From a virus (taxonomy: Duplodnaviria > Caudoviricetes), in IMG/VR virus record IMGVR_UViG_3300036827_000091, positions 577-64,576 of that record: a DNA stretch of 64,000 nucleotides; one strand, written 5' to 3'. Made by a program: the position numbers and the translations under genes. This document shows, piece by piece, positions 47,006-56,635 of this stretch (positions are counted from its first letter, which is position 1; each line of letters starts with the position of its first letter). Below the pieces are notes generated by a model that saw only the letters and a list, made by a program, of their open reading frames with translations, was not told the DNA's origin and did not search any database.

Positions 47006-47179
47006 GCCTGTTTTCCTCCGTCTGCCTTCTGCTTAGCGTAACTGCCCAGCCGCCTTGTTCCTTCCCCGCTGTCTCACGCTCAGGGTACGATGCGATCAGG
47101 CAAAGGCATAGGACCGAAGGGCGGCAGCCATGGACATCAGCAAGATCGCTGAACAGCACGAGCGGCACGTGCTCGCGCC

Positions 47180-47863
47180 ATGATCGGGCTGGACGGGTGC
47201 TGCGGCGCGGGCGGCGCGACCCGCGGCTACGCAGACGCCGGGCACGTGATGATCGGGATAGACAACGTCCCGCAGCCCCATTACCTGAAATCCGGCGCGG
47301 TCGAGTTCAGGCAGCTGGACATCCTGGACTACCTGTCTTCTCTCACCTACCGCCGGGAGGTGCTGCGTGACTACGACTTCATCCACGTGTCGCCGCCATG
47401 CCAGCGGGGCTCGAAAATGACCAACTGCCGCCCCGGGCTGGCTGCCAGCTACCCGGACATGGTGGGGAAGGTGCGCGAGCTGCTGGAACGCACCGGGCTG
47501 CCGTACATCATCGAGCAGCCCGAGCACGGCACCCCGCTGCGCAATCCGGTCACCTTGTGCGGCTGGATGTTCGGCTACGAGACCTACCGGCACCGCTGCT
47601 TCGAGGCCGGTGGTGGGTTCGCCCTGGCCGCGCCGCCAGCGCCCCGGGGGGACATGCCGGGGCGGCGCAGGTCATGTGGCTGGCCGCACCCGGTGCCCGC
47701 GGCCAAGGCGGGCCACTGGGTGCCGGGCAAGTTCGTGTCCGTCGCCGGGCATGAGCGGGTCGGGCTGACGCGCAAGGTGATGGCCATCGACTGGACCAAC
47801 CGCGAGGAGCTGGCCGAAGCCATCCCGCCGTACATGACCCGGTGGATCGGGGAACAGCTGTGA
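47180..47863 (+). CDS. DNA (cytosine-5) methyltransferase-like, short
   Basis: D..CGAGG, SPPCQ, LCG.MFG...RHR.FE, EAIPP. Confidence 0.8.
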   Translation: MIGLDGCCGAGGATRGYADAGHVMIGIDNVPQPHYLKSGAVEFRQLDILDYLSSLTYRREVLRDYDFIHVSPPCQRGSKMTNCRPGLAASYPDMVGKVRELLERTGLPYIIEQPEHGTPLRNPVTLCGWMFGYETYRHRCFEAGGGFALAAPPAPRGDMPGRRRSCGWPHPVPAAKAGHWVPGKFVSVAGHERVGLTRKVMAIDWTNREELAEAIPPYMTRWIGEQL

Positions 47864-47879
47864 ACAGAAGGCCGCACCC

Positions 47880-48821
47880 ATGACCGACTGCCTTACCAGC
47901 GGATACAGCCAAGCTGACCTGAACCGCCTGGGCTTGGGTGCTGCAGCCCTGAAATGGCAGCGCCTCGGGTTTAGCGTGCTCGCGCTCGCGCCGGGCACCA
48001 AGCGCCCGCACCGGCTGTTCGCCAGCAACGGCACTGAAACTCTCGCCGGGGTGCACTGGGCTACCACTGACCCGCGGATGGTTGAGCACGTATGGAGCCG
48101 GGACAAGCTGGCGGGCGTCGGCATCAGGACTAACAGGCTGGTAGTCGTTGACCTGGACACCCATCACGGCAACCATGGTGAAGCTGAGCTGGCATCGTTC
48201 ACTGACGCATGGTCGCTGCCGTTGCCGCCCACTTTTTGCCAGTTCACGCCCAGCGGTGGCAAGCATCTGTGGTACAGGCTGCCAGCGGGGGTGCAGTTGC
48301 CCAGCCGCACCTCGATCCTGCCCGGAGTGGACATCAAAGCCGGCGGCGGGTACGTGGCAGCCGCCCCCACCATGATCTGGCAGGAGTCGATGGACGGCGG
48401 CCGGGTCCTGGTCCCGTACCGGATGCACGGCTGCCCGTGCGCGCTGGCATGGCTGCCAGGCTGGATGGCCGACTGGGTGCTGCACGCGGCAGGCGAGCCC
48501 CAGGGCGCGGGCGGGCCAGGCGGCGGCGATCAGGATGAGCTGCCCGACCTTTCCCAGTTCCAGGCACACGGCCTGCCCCGCGGCGAGCGGAACGTCACCG
48601 CGCACCGGCTGGCCTGCCGGTTGTTCCGCCGGTTCGGCGTCACGCCATCAGGGGTGGCCGCGGTGCGCGGCCAGCTGCAGCACGTGTTCGACGCCACCGA
48701 CATGCGCGGTTTCAGCGAGCACGAGGTGGCCACCATGCTGGAATCGGCGCGCCGGTACATCGCCAGGCAGATGGACAAGGAGGCGGAAGCATGGCAGGAC
48801 TACCAGCAGACAGCGAAATGA
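47880..48821 (+). CDS. Bifunctional primase-polymerase (Prim-Pol)
   Basis: K.P, ATTD, VVDLD, TPSGG.HLWY, GVDIK..GGYV.A.P, G.RN. Confidence 0.9.
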   Translation: MTDCLTSGYSQADLNRLGLGAAALKWQRLGFSVLALAPGTKRPHRLFASNGTETLAGVHWATTDPRMVEHVWSRDKLAGVGIRTNRLVVVDLDTHHGNHGEAELASFTDAWSLPLPPTFCQFTPSGGKHLWYRLPAGVQLPSRTSILPGVDIKAGGGYVAAAPTMIWQESMDGGRVLVPYRMHGCPCALAWLPGWMADWVLHAAGEPQGAGGPGGGDQDELPDLSQFQAHGLPRGERNVTAHRLACRLFRRFGVTPSGVAAVRGQLQHVFDATDMRGFSEHEVATMLESARRYIARQMDKEAEAWQDYQQTAK

Positions 48822-49617
48822 TCATCGAGCACGGGGTCCTCATGAAGACTGGGAGGAGGTCCGCGATGGCTGAGCGCCAGTGTCCTGTGTGCGGCAAGGC
48901 CATCCCCCGGTCGCTGGGATTTTTCGCTGTGTACTGCTCGCGGCGGTGCGCGAAAAAAGACGGGGCTGTGTGATGGCTGAAACTGAGGAACACCGCGTGT
49001 TCATCCTCGGCACCTGGCAGGGCAAGCCATGGCGCGAGTACCTGGACTGCGTGTGCCGGTGCCCGATCGGCCGCGACCATGAGCATGGCGAAGGACAGCC
49101 GCGCTGCCCGGTGTGCGGCACGCCGCAGCCGGTGGTCACGGTGGCGCGGCGCGATGGCTGAGGAGGGGGCGTACTGCCATCGCCATCAGCTGCCCGCGGC
49201 GGTGTGCGGGTGCCCGGCCAGCCGGGGGCAGCTGCGCGCCGCCGAGCTGGCCATCGCCGACTGGGAGCGGCTGGAACAGCTAGCCGACCAGGCGGCGAAC
49301 AGCGACAGCGCGCCGTTCGCGGCGCAGTGGGACGGGACCTGCCAAGGGTGCGGGCAAAGATGGACGGCCGGGGATATGGTGGCCTGGTCGGCTGATGACG
49401 GCAAGGTGATGCACGCAGCCTGCGTGCACGGATTCTGACCAGGCATAAGGCAAGGGGAGCGACCATGAAACAGCGGTTCAGGATTTCGGCGGGCGAATGG
49501 GTGTGCGGCAGCTGCGGCGTGCCCATGACCGAGGCTGGCGACGGCGAAGGGGGCGTGATCATGGCACACAAGGATGGCTGCGCCGCGGTGGCTGCGCTCC
49601 GCGGGGCCAGCGGCTAG
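48818..49617 (+). other. Four small Cys-rich ORFs (48818-48973, 48973-49161, 49154-49438, 49465-49617)
   Basis: Coupled ORFs with CxxC motifs. Confidence 0.5.
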
Positions 49618-49760
49618 GGTCAGTCCTGCCGCTGCCCCCGCTGGCGGCTTTCCCGGGGCACCCCGCGCTGCTGATGGTGGCGACCGTTTCAGGCGCTGGG
49701 CGCTCCCCTGCTAGCGGGAGGCGCTACCGATGGCGATGCTAACAGACACAGGCAGAAGGC

Positions 49761-51299
49761 ATGACGATGACTGAACCACAGCGCGGCCAGCCCGGCACCT
49801 GGCGCTACCTGGCATTCTGGCGCGGCGATGGCGACATGGACCTGAAAGCCACCTTGGCCGGGCTGCCGTGCAACGACATGCACGCCGCGCACTTGGTCGC
49901 CGGGGAAATCTGGCCAGGCGAGCTGCACCACGCCACCGACCTGGGCCGCTGGCACGTGTGGGACGGGCGCTGCCACCGGCCGGACGACTGTGCGCTGATC
50001 GACCGGAAAATCAACCAGCTCACCTGGTGGTGTGAGGCGGTGATCGGCCAGGCCCGGCAGCAGGTGGCTGCGCAAGTCACCGCCGCCAACCCGGGAGCGG
50101 ACACCAAAACGGTCGGCCAGGCGATCAAAACAGCATGGGCACCGTGGGGGGAAGCAGAAAAATACGCGGCCGGGCTGCGGCGCACCGCCGGGCTCACCGC
50201 GCTGCGCACCCGGCTGGCCGGGGTGTGCGGGGTGAACGAGGCATGGCTCGAAGACGGCCTGCCCGACTACCTGAACGTGGCCAACGGCATCCTGCACCTG
50301 CCCACACTGACCTTGCACCCGCACGACCCGCGGGCCAGGATCACCTACTGCGTGCCCGTGGCCTGGAACCCGCAAGCCAGCTGCCCATGGTTCAATGCGA
50401 TGGCGCTGCGCGCCTGCGACGGCAGCCAGGTGGTGGCCGACTACCTGATCCGGGTGCTTGGGTACTGCCTGATCGGCGACAACCGGGAGCAGAAGATCTT
50501 TTTCCTGTCCGGCGACACCGGGTCCGGCAAATCCCAGGTGCTGGGCGCAATCGCCGAGGTGCTGGGCACGCTGCACCACAGCTCCCAGAACTCGCTGATC
50601 AGCGTGGAACGCAACGGGCGCAACGCCCGGGTCGAATGGTCCTGCGCGGGCGCACGGATCGTGACCATCACCGAGACGTCCGGGCACAACACCACCGACG
50701 AGGCCCAGGTGAAACGGCTTACCGGGGAGGCATACATCAGCGTGGACCGGCACTATTCCAAGACGGAGGTGAAAGTGAAAGTGACGTTCACCATCATCCA
50801 GTCCACCAACGAGATGCAGACCCTCACCAATTTCGACAGCGCCATGGGCCGCCGGGTCGAAGTGCTGCCCATGTCAAAAATCGAAATCCCGTCCGAGCAG
50901 CAGGTGAAAGGTCTGGGCAAGCTGGTGGCTGACCGCGAGGCCGAAGGCATCCTGGCGCTGCTGGCGTCGGCAGCGCAGGCATATTACGCCGAGGGGCTGC
51001 ACCCGCCAGCCGAAGTGCTGGCTGAGACAGCGCGGTACCGCGCCCAGCAGAACACGCTGGAAGATTTCATGGCTGAATGCGTCACCATCGTCCCCTCCCT
51101 GAACGGGAGCCGCCCGGCGTGGGCCGGCCAGTCGGCGGTGTGGCGCGCCTACCTGGACCATTCGGCGGGCGGGCCACGGCTGCGCAAAAGCCAGTTTCTC
51201 GGCCAGCTCCGCGACCACCCGGCGGTCACCTACAACGAGGGCTCCCGCCGGTTCGAGGGCATCTCGCTGATCGAAGGGATCGAAGCCCATGAACGATGA
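49761..51299 (+). CDS. D5/P4-type SF3 helicase
   Basis: W..WDG, LNVANG, G..GSGKS, VKRLTG, TN..P-like, A..RR. Confidence 0.9.
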   Translation: MTMTEPQRGQPGTWRYLAFWRGDGDMDLKATLAGLPCNDMHAAHLVAGEIWPGELHHATDLGRWHVWDGRCHRPDDCALIDRKINQLTWWCEAVIGQARQQVAAQVTAANPGADTKTVGQAIKTAWAPWGEAEKYAAGLRRTAGLTALRTRLAGVCGVNEAWLEDGLPDYLNVANGILHLPTLTLHPHDPRARITYCVPVAWNPQASCPWFNAMALRACDGSQVVADYLIRVLGYCLIGDNREQKIFFLSGDTGSGKSQVLGAIAEVLGTLHHSSQNSLISVERNGRNARVEWSCAGARIVTITETSGHNTTDEAQVKRLTGEAYISVDRHYSKTEVKVKVTFTIIQSTNEMQTLTNFDSAMGRRVEVLPMSKIEIPSEQQVKGLGKLVADREAEGILALLASAAQAYYAEGLHPPAEVLAETARYRAQQNTLEDFMAECVTIVPSLNGSRPAWAGQSAVWRAYLDHSAGGPRLRKSQFLGQLRDHPAVTYNEGSRRFEGISLIEGIEAHER

Positions 51300-52527
51300 C
51301 ATTCTCACGCCCGAGCAGGAAGCCGTCCTGCATGCTGCTGTCAGCTGGTTTGGCCACGCCGGGCCGGGCAGCCTGCTCACCGTCGGCGGGTTCGCGGGCA
51401 CCGGCAAGACGTTCACCATCGCGCACCTGCCTGAACGGCTGCCTGGAGTGGTCATCCAGTTCTGCGCGCCCACCGGCAAAGCGGCCGAGCAGCTGCGGCG
51501 CAAACTGCCCGCTGGCGCTGCTGTGCGGACCATCCACTCCCTTCTGTACCACCGGGTGGAATGCGAAAGATGCGGCTGCGGCAGCTGTGGCGAGCTGCCA
51601 TGGTCGCTGGTGCCCCCGGGGACCTGCAAAAGGCCGGTTCTCAACGCTCGCGGCGTGCCGGCCGAGGAAGCCACCTGGCTCTACGACCCGGCATGGGAGC
51701 GTGCTGGGGCAGGCGAAGACGGCGATCCGCGAGCGCCAGCGCCTGGCCTGCTGGTCGCGGACGAGGCATCCATGATCAACGAGATCATGTTTGCTGACCT
51801 GCAGCGCACCGGCATCCCCCTGATCGCCGTTGGCGACCATGGCCAGCTGAAACCGGTCAAATCCGGCTTCTCCCTGATGGCCAGCCCGGACCTGCGGCTG
51901 GAAACCATCGTCCGCCAGCGGGCCGGCGACCCGATCATCCAGATGTCGGCGCAGGCCCGCGCGACCGGGGACATCAGCTACGGCCGGCAGGGGCCGCAAG
52001 CCGTGAAAATCTACCGCAGCCAGTGGTCCTGGTCCATGTGGGCACCGGGCACCATGATGGTGGTGGCCAGGCGCAAAACCCGGCGGGCCAACAACCTGGC
52101 CATCCGGGCCTGGCAGCTCGGCCCGGCCGGGGCCGGGGAGGTGATCACAGCCGGGGAGCCGGTGATCTGCCTGAAAAACAGCCGGCAAGCCGGGGTGTTC
52201 AACGGGGAGACGTTCGTCGCCGACGAAGTAGGCCAGGTGGGCGAGCTGTCAGTGATGCTGCGGTGCGGGGACCGCTGGCTCAACGCCGCCATCGCCCAGT
52301 TCGGCTGCGAAGACACCCTCACCTCGCGGGAAACGCCGCCAGGCACGGTGCTGCTCGACTACGCCTACGCCATCACCTGCCACAAGGCGCAAGGCTCCGA
52401 GGCGGAACGGGTGATCGTGGTCGAAGAAAACTGGCCGCCGCGGGGCAGGGGCGATGAAAGGCAGCGATGGCTGTACACGGCGGTCACCCGGGCCAGGACT
52501 GAGCTGATCGTGGTGGGCACCAGTTGA
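51289..52527 (+). CDS. RecD/Dda-like SF1B helicase
   Basis: GFAGTGKT, APTGKAA, TIHS, DEASM, GD.GQL.PV, YAITCHKAQGSE, LYTAVTRA. Confidence 0.93.
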   Translation: MNDDILTPEQEAVLHAAVSWFGHAGPGSLLTVGGFAGTGKTFTIAHLPERLPGVVIQFCAPTGKAAEQLRRKLPAGAAVRTIHSLLYHRVECERCGCGSCGELPWSLVPPGTCKRPVLNARGVPAEEATWLYDPAWERAGAGEDGDPRAPAPGLLVADEASMINEIMFADLQRTGIPLIAVGDHGQLKPVKSGFSLMASPDLRLETIVRQRAGDPIIQMSAQARATGDISYGRQGPQAVKIYRSQWSWSMWAPGTMMVVARRKTRRANNLAIRAWQLGPAGAGEVITAGEPVICLKNSRQAGVFNGETFVADEVGQVGELSVMLRCGDRWLNAAIAQFGCEDTLTSRETPPGTVLLDYAYAITCHKAQGSEAERVIVVEENWPPRGRGDERQRWLYTAVTRARTELIVVGTS

Positions 52528-52534
52528 GAATCGC

Positions 52535-52880
52535 ACCTCAAAAACGGGATGATCATGAAACGAGGTAGTCATGGTGAGACTACAGGGTTCAAAGGATTTG
52601 GGAGGATTCTGGAAGATTCTAGGGGATTCTAGGATCAGTGAGAGCATGTTGCGACCAAAGTGCGAAAACGGGATGATCATGGTTAAAAAGTGCGAAGCTC
52701 TGACCTGCGGTTATGCCCCTATTTCACACTTTTACACTTTTAACATCCTCTCCGCGTAAGAGAGAGAGAGAGAGAGTATAGGAGTAAGGGGTAGGGGAAA
52801 CTGCGAAAACGTGAAATGAGGGCATGAGCTGAGGATGGATAAGGAATGATGGTAGGCTGCTGGTGTACGTACACGAGCAG
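52535..52880. other. Candidate replication origin: low GC, direct repeats
   Basis: 17-bp repeat x2, GATTCT x3 at 10-bp period, (AG)9, GTGTACGTACAC palindrome. Confidence 0.5.
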
Positions 52881-53010
52881 GATCGCAGGCAAACCATGGC
52901 GATGACCATGGCTGGCAAGGGGGAACTCGGCGCGCCGTGCCGAGGCCCATCAGGCAGGAGGCAGGGCTGTGACAACTTTCGGGTCCAGGTTCTGAGGCAG
53001 GAGGCAGCAG

Positions 53011-53961
53011 ATGGCTACGTTCGGACAGTGGTTTCTCGCCCAGTCAGGGCGCGGTGACCAGGTAGGATACGCCGCCAAGGCATGGCGCGACGCGAAGCGC
53101 AAGCCGCGGGCCAGCGCGCCCCAGACGATCACCAATTTCCTGCTGGCCGACCCGGATCAGGTCCCTGAGCTGGGAAAAGACGAGATCGAGGCGGCCATGG
53201 CCGCCGCGGTCGGCCAGTACCATGAGGGCAACCACCATGTCGGTCCCGCCGTTCCCCGCCCCCCGCTGGCGTCCGTGCCGGACTCGCCTGTTTCCGCAGG
53301 TGAGAAGCCTGCAGAGGCCGCTGATGGCGGCCAGGTGATGGCGGCCATGGACGAGCGTTTGGCAGGCATCCAGGAGCTGGTCGCTGAGCGTCACGACGTA
53401 TTGCATGAGGCTATCGGCCGGGTGGAAAAGCGGGTGGCCGACCTGCACGAGCTGTATTTCGCGTTTCTGCAGGCCAGCCAGCCGCTGCTGCAGCTGGCCG
53501 CGGAGCTGCAGGAAGGCGGCGAGAAGATCGGCTCGATGCGGGCCGAAGCCACTGATGGTGACGCTCCGCAGTCGTTGAGCGATCAACTAGGCTTTGCCGA
53601 CGCGGACCTGGCTGACAGCCGCCCGCCCATGGCCACCCCTGCTCAGCTCGCCGCCCAGCAGGTGGCGCAGCGTAACGGCTGGCTGCCCGGTGACGGGGAA
53701 CTGGTCGGCCCGGACACCCCTGCAGGACAGGTTTTGGCTGCCCAGCAGTTCGAGGCCCCCGGACGCAAGCCGCCCAACTGGGCGGGCGGGCTGTGCGAGA
53801 TCCACTGCCGGGAGGACCGCTGCGCATACGGCTGCGACTGCCCAGGCCACAAGCCTGATGGCACGCATGTCACGCAGTCCCGGCCGGGCCTGTACGGCGC
53901 GCACGCAGCGCCCGAGCCCACTCAGGCGCAGTGGCGCGCCTGGCACGAGGCAGGCGAATGA
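53011..53961 (+). CDS. Hypothetical protein, YozE-like N-terminus and coiled coil
   Basis: SD GGAGG; TF.QW..Q..R.D.VG..A. Confidence 0.6.
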   Translation: MATFGQWFLAQSGRGDQVGYAAKAWRDAKRKPRASAPQTITNFLLADPDQVPELGKDEIEAAMAAAVGQYHEGNHHVGPAVPRPPLASVPDSPVSAGEKPAEAADGGQVMAAMDERLAGIQELVAERHDVLHEAIGRVEKRVADLHELYFAFLQASQPLLQLAAELQEGGEKIGSMRAEATDGDAPQSLSDQLGFADADLADSRPPMATPAQLAAQQVAQRNGWLPGDGELVGPDTPAGQVLAAQQFEAPGRKPPNWAGGLCEIHCREDRCAYGCDCPGHKPDGTHVTQSRPGLYGAHAAPEPTQAQWRAWHEAGE

Positions 53962-54161
53962 TCATGGCTGAGCACGGCGCTGCCCAGCGCCTGCTGGCTG
54001 AGCTTGGCCGCTCAGGCGGCACCAGCAGGCAGCTGGCTAAGCGGGCAGGGGTCAGCCCCGGCTACGCCCGGGAGCTGCTGTACGGGCTGATGGCGGCTGG
54101 CCGCGCCCGGCGCTGGAAGCAGCCGGGCACCAGGGCGTTCATCTGGGAGGCGCGCCAGTGA
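53958..54161 (+). CDS. Small HTH protein
   Basis: TSRQLAKRAGVS..YARE.L..L...G. Confidence 0.6.
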   Translation: MIMAEHGAAQRLLAELGRSGGTSRQLAKRAGVSPGYARELLYGLMAAGRARRWKQPGTRAFIWEARQ

Positions 54162-54292
54162 GGCTGTCGCGGCGCTGCCGCTGCGGGCATCCCCGGGCCT
54201 TCCACCGGCACTACCGGGACGGCACCGACTGCAGCTCGTGCTACTGCTGGCGTTTCCGCTGGCTGTGGTGGCGCTGGAAGCTGGTCTCATGA
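54158..54292 (+). CDS. Small Cys/His protein
   Basis: CRCGH...H.HYR.GTDCS.C.C; GTGA overlap. Confidence 0.5.
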   Translation: MRLSRRCRCGHPRAFHRHYRDGTDCSSCYCWRFRWLWWRWKLVS

Positions 54293-54726
54293 GCTGGCAG
54301 GCGGTCGCGCTGATCGCGGCAGGCAGCGCCCTGCTGGGCGGCTGCGCTGGCTATGCGATCGCCGCGATCCAGGTCAGCTCGTTCTTCCGGCGGTCGCTGT
54401 GATGCCTGGCGCTAGGCTGGCCTGATGCGCCTGCCCCGGCAGATCGCCCGCCTGGCCCGCCGGCTGCCCTGGCAGCTTGCCCCGTGGCAGGCGTGCCGGG
54501 CCAGCCAGGCTCGTGTCCGCTACCTGGAGCAGCTGGCTGCCCAGTACCGGACGGCGAACGGCCAGCTGCTGCGCCGCAACGAGGAGCTGGACCGGCGGGT
54601 CACAGCGCTGCGCGGCCCGCTGGAGCGCGATGTGACCGGCATGCAGGCCGAGCGCCCTGGACAGCGCCCTGCCGCGGAGTTACCCTCCCGGTGAAAGCGC
54701 GTGCTTACGCGAAAGGAGTGGTGCTT

Positions 54727-54879
54727 ATGCGCGCCACGGTCCTGCCCAGCCCCCGCCTGCTGACCCTGGCGCTGCTCGCAGCCCTCGCCGCCCTGGCCAC
54801 AGCCTTGCTGATGGCCCGCGGCCACCCCGTTCACCTGCTGCTGATGCACTACCACGGCAGGATGCGCTACCACGGCTGA
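54727..54879 (+). CDS. 50-aa signal-peptide protein ending MHYHG-R-MRYHG
   Basis: SD AAAGGAG 8 nt upstream; hydrophobic core; tandem C-terminal pentapeptide. Confidence 0.7.
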   Translation: MRATVLPSPRLLTLALLAALAALATALLMARGHPVHLLLMHYHGRMRYHG

Positions 54880-54973
54880 GAAGGTGATCGCCCCCTAACC
54901 CAGGTCAAGCACAAGCCCCGCGTGACCGTGCCTGCTGGTAGCCTGCCGGCAGGCACAGTCATCAGGAGGCAGC

Positions 54974-55396
54974 ATGGAAGCGCCCAGCCCGCACGAAGGC
55001 TCCAAGCCCCGCAGCATCCACCTGACCGACACCGCCCAGGACCGCCCTGGCCAGATCGCCCGCGCCCAGGCGTGGTCAGAATCGGCCGGCAAGCCCGTGC
55101 CCCCGCGGATGCGCTTCCGCCGCCCGCTGGACCCGGCCGCCCCGCTCAGCTCCCGCCAGCGGCTGGCCGCCTACCGGAACCGGCCCGGCGCGGGGACAGT
55201 GGCCCCGGAGGGCCGCCTCACCCCGGCCCAGGCCCGGCGGCTGCGGCACAAGCACGGGCGGCCCGAGGCCAGGATGCTCGGCCTGCCCCCGCCGCCTGCC
55301 CCCGGCCCGCGGGCTCCCCGGACTCCAGCTCAGCGAGCCCGTTTCCGTAAGAACGCAGCCCAGCAGGACCGTTGCCAGAATAGGCTGCCCCGGTGA
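54974..55396 (+). CDS. Basic Arg/Pro-rich protein
   Basis: SD AGGAGG; LTPAQARRLRHK. Confidence 0.5.
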   Translation: MEAPSPHEGSKPRSIHLTDTAQDRPGQIARAQAWSESAGKPVPPRMRFRRPLDPAAPLSSRQRLAAYRNRPGAGTVAPEGRLTPAQARRLRHKHGRPEARMLGLPPPPAPGPRAPRTPAQRARFRKNAAQQDRCQNRLPR

Positions 55397-55959
55397 CCGC
55401 CCCGGCCGCGCACCAGTTCAGCATCGGCCGGGGCGACGTGATCGTCGTCCAGGGCGCTTCGGCCACCAGCAAGCTGATCGAGGCGGGCGAAGTGGCCGCC
55501 GGGCTGCCCCCGTACAGCCACGTGGCCGGGTTTGATCACTGGGATGCCAACGGCACCCCGTGGGGGCTGGAAGGACGGCCGGGCGGGGTCGGCTGGGCGG
55601 ATGTGTCCCGGTACCTGGCGGACCCGCGCACCCTGACCAACGCGGCCCAGGCGAAAACGGCGGATCAGCGCTCCGTGCTGTGCAAGCTGAACCAGGCCAT
55701 GATCGGCACCGCCTACGCCTGGGTGACCGGCATCCTGGCCGACGCCTACCGGGACCTGGGCGGCGGCCAGCTGTGGAAGCCGGACCCGGTGGCCAAAGTT
55801 GTCCCCGGCCACGTGGTGTGCAGCAGCTACTACGCCTACACCTACGCCCGGATCGGGCTGGCCTCGCCGCGCCCGCAGGACTGGGCCACCACCGAGCCGG
55901 GCGACTGGGCGCTGTTCATCGAGTCGAAAGGCTGGGAGCATGGCAGCGCCCCCGCTTAG
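55393..55959 (+). CDS. Permuted papain-like NlpC/P60 (YiiX/YebB-like) protein
   Basis: GD.I.V, YSHVA before VVCSS; G.AY; TT.PGD. Confidence 0.7.
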   Translation: MTAPAAHQFSIGRGDVIVVQGASATSKLIEAGEVAAGLPPYSHVAGFDHWDANGTPWGLEGRPGGVGWADVSRYLADPRTLTNAAQAKTADQRSVLCKLNQAMIGTAYAWVTGILADAYRDLGGGQLWKPDPVAKVVPGHVVCSSYYAYTYARIGLASPRPQDWATTEPGDWALFIESKGWEHGSAPA

Positions 55960-56155
55960 CCAGCGCCTGCTGTCCCAGCTGCGGTCCATGCCCGCCGGGG
56001 CCAGGCGCACCGCGGCGCAGCTGCGCGCCGGGCTGTCCGTCCCTGAGCCCCAGTCTGCGGTGGAAGACGCGCTGGCCCATCTGGCCGCCGGGCAGCAGGT
56101 GGCCCGGCACCAGCCCGGCAAAAAGCGCGAGCACGCTGCCTGGAGCCTGCGGTGA
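55940..56155 (+). CDS. Small wHTH-like protein
   Basis: VEDALAHLAAGQQV...W.L. Confidence 0.45.
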   Translation: MAAPPLSQRLLSQLRSMPAGARRTAAQLRAGLSVPEPQSAVEDALAHLAAGQQVARHQPGKKREHAAWSLR

Positions 56156-56296
56156 GCGCGGGCAGGCCGCTGGCTGCGGTGGGCATGGCGGGCATTGTGC
56201 TGTGCTGGAACACCTGGCCGGTGGTTGTCGCCTCGGCGCTGGTGGCCGCGGGGATTTTCCTGACCGCCCGCGGCGTCCGGCTGTAGCCTGGCCGTC

Positions 56297-56635
56297 ATGG
56301 GCGAAGTGATCTTGACAGGGCCGCTGCCTGCCGGCCCGCTGGGGTTTTGCATGGTGTGCGCCGGGGCGGCCAAGCACGAGGCGATCATGGGCGTGGCGGA
56401 TGATATCCGCCGGCACGAGGCCAGCGGCCAAGGGCTCAGGCGGTACCCGGTGCGCGGGCAGCCGCAGCCCGCGGTGGCCTGGGGCCAGGTGCCGGGCACG
56501 GCGATGCTGGCCCCGCTGTGCTGGACGCACATGACCCCTATCGAGGTGACCACCTCGGGCCTGCTGCGCGCATCCGGGCCGCTGCCGCCGCCGCCCCGGC
56601 AAGGCCCGGTGCTGCTGGACGGCAGCCGTGGCTGA
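56297..56635 (+). CDS. Hypothetical protein
   Basis: CMVC...CWTH. Confidence 0.55.
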   Translation: MGEVILTGPLPAGPLGFCMVCAGAAKHEAIMGVADDIRRHEASGQGLRRYPVRGQPQPAVAWGQVPGTAMLAPLCWTHMTPIEVTTSGLLRASGPLPPPPRQGPVLLDGSRG

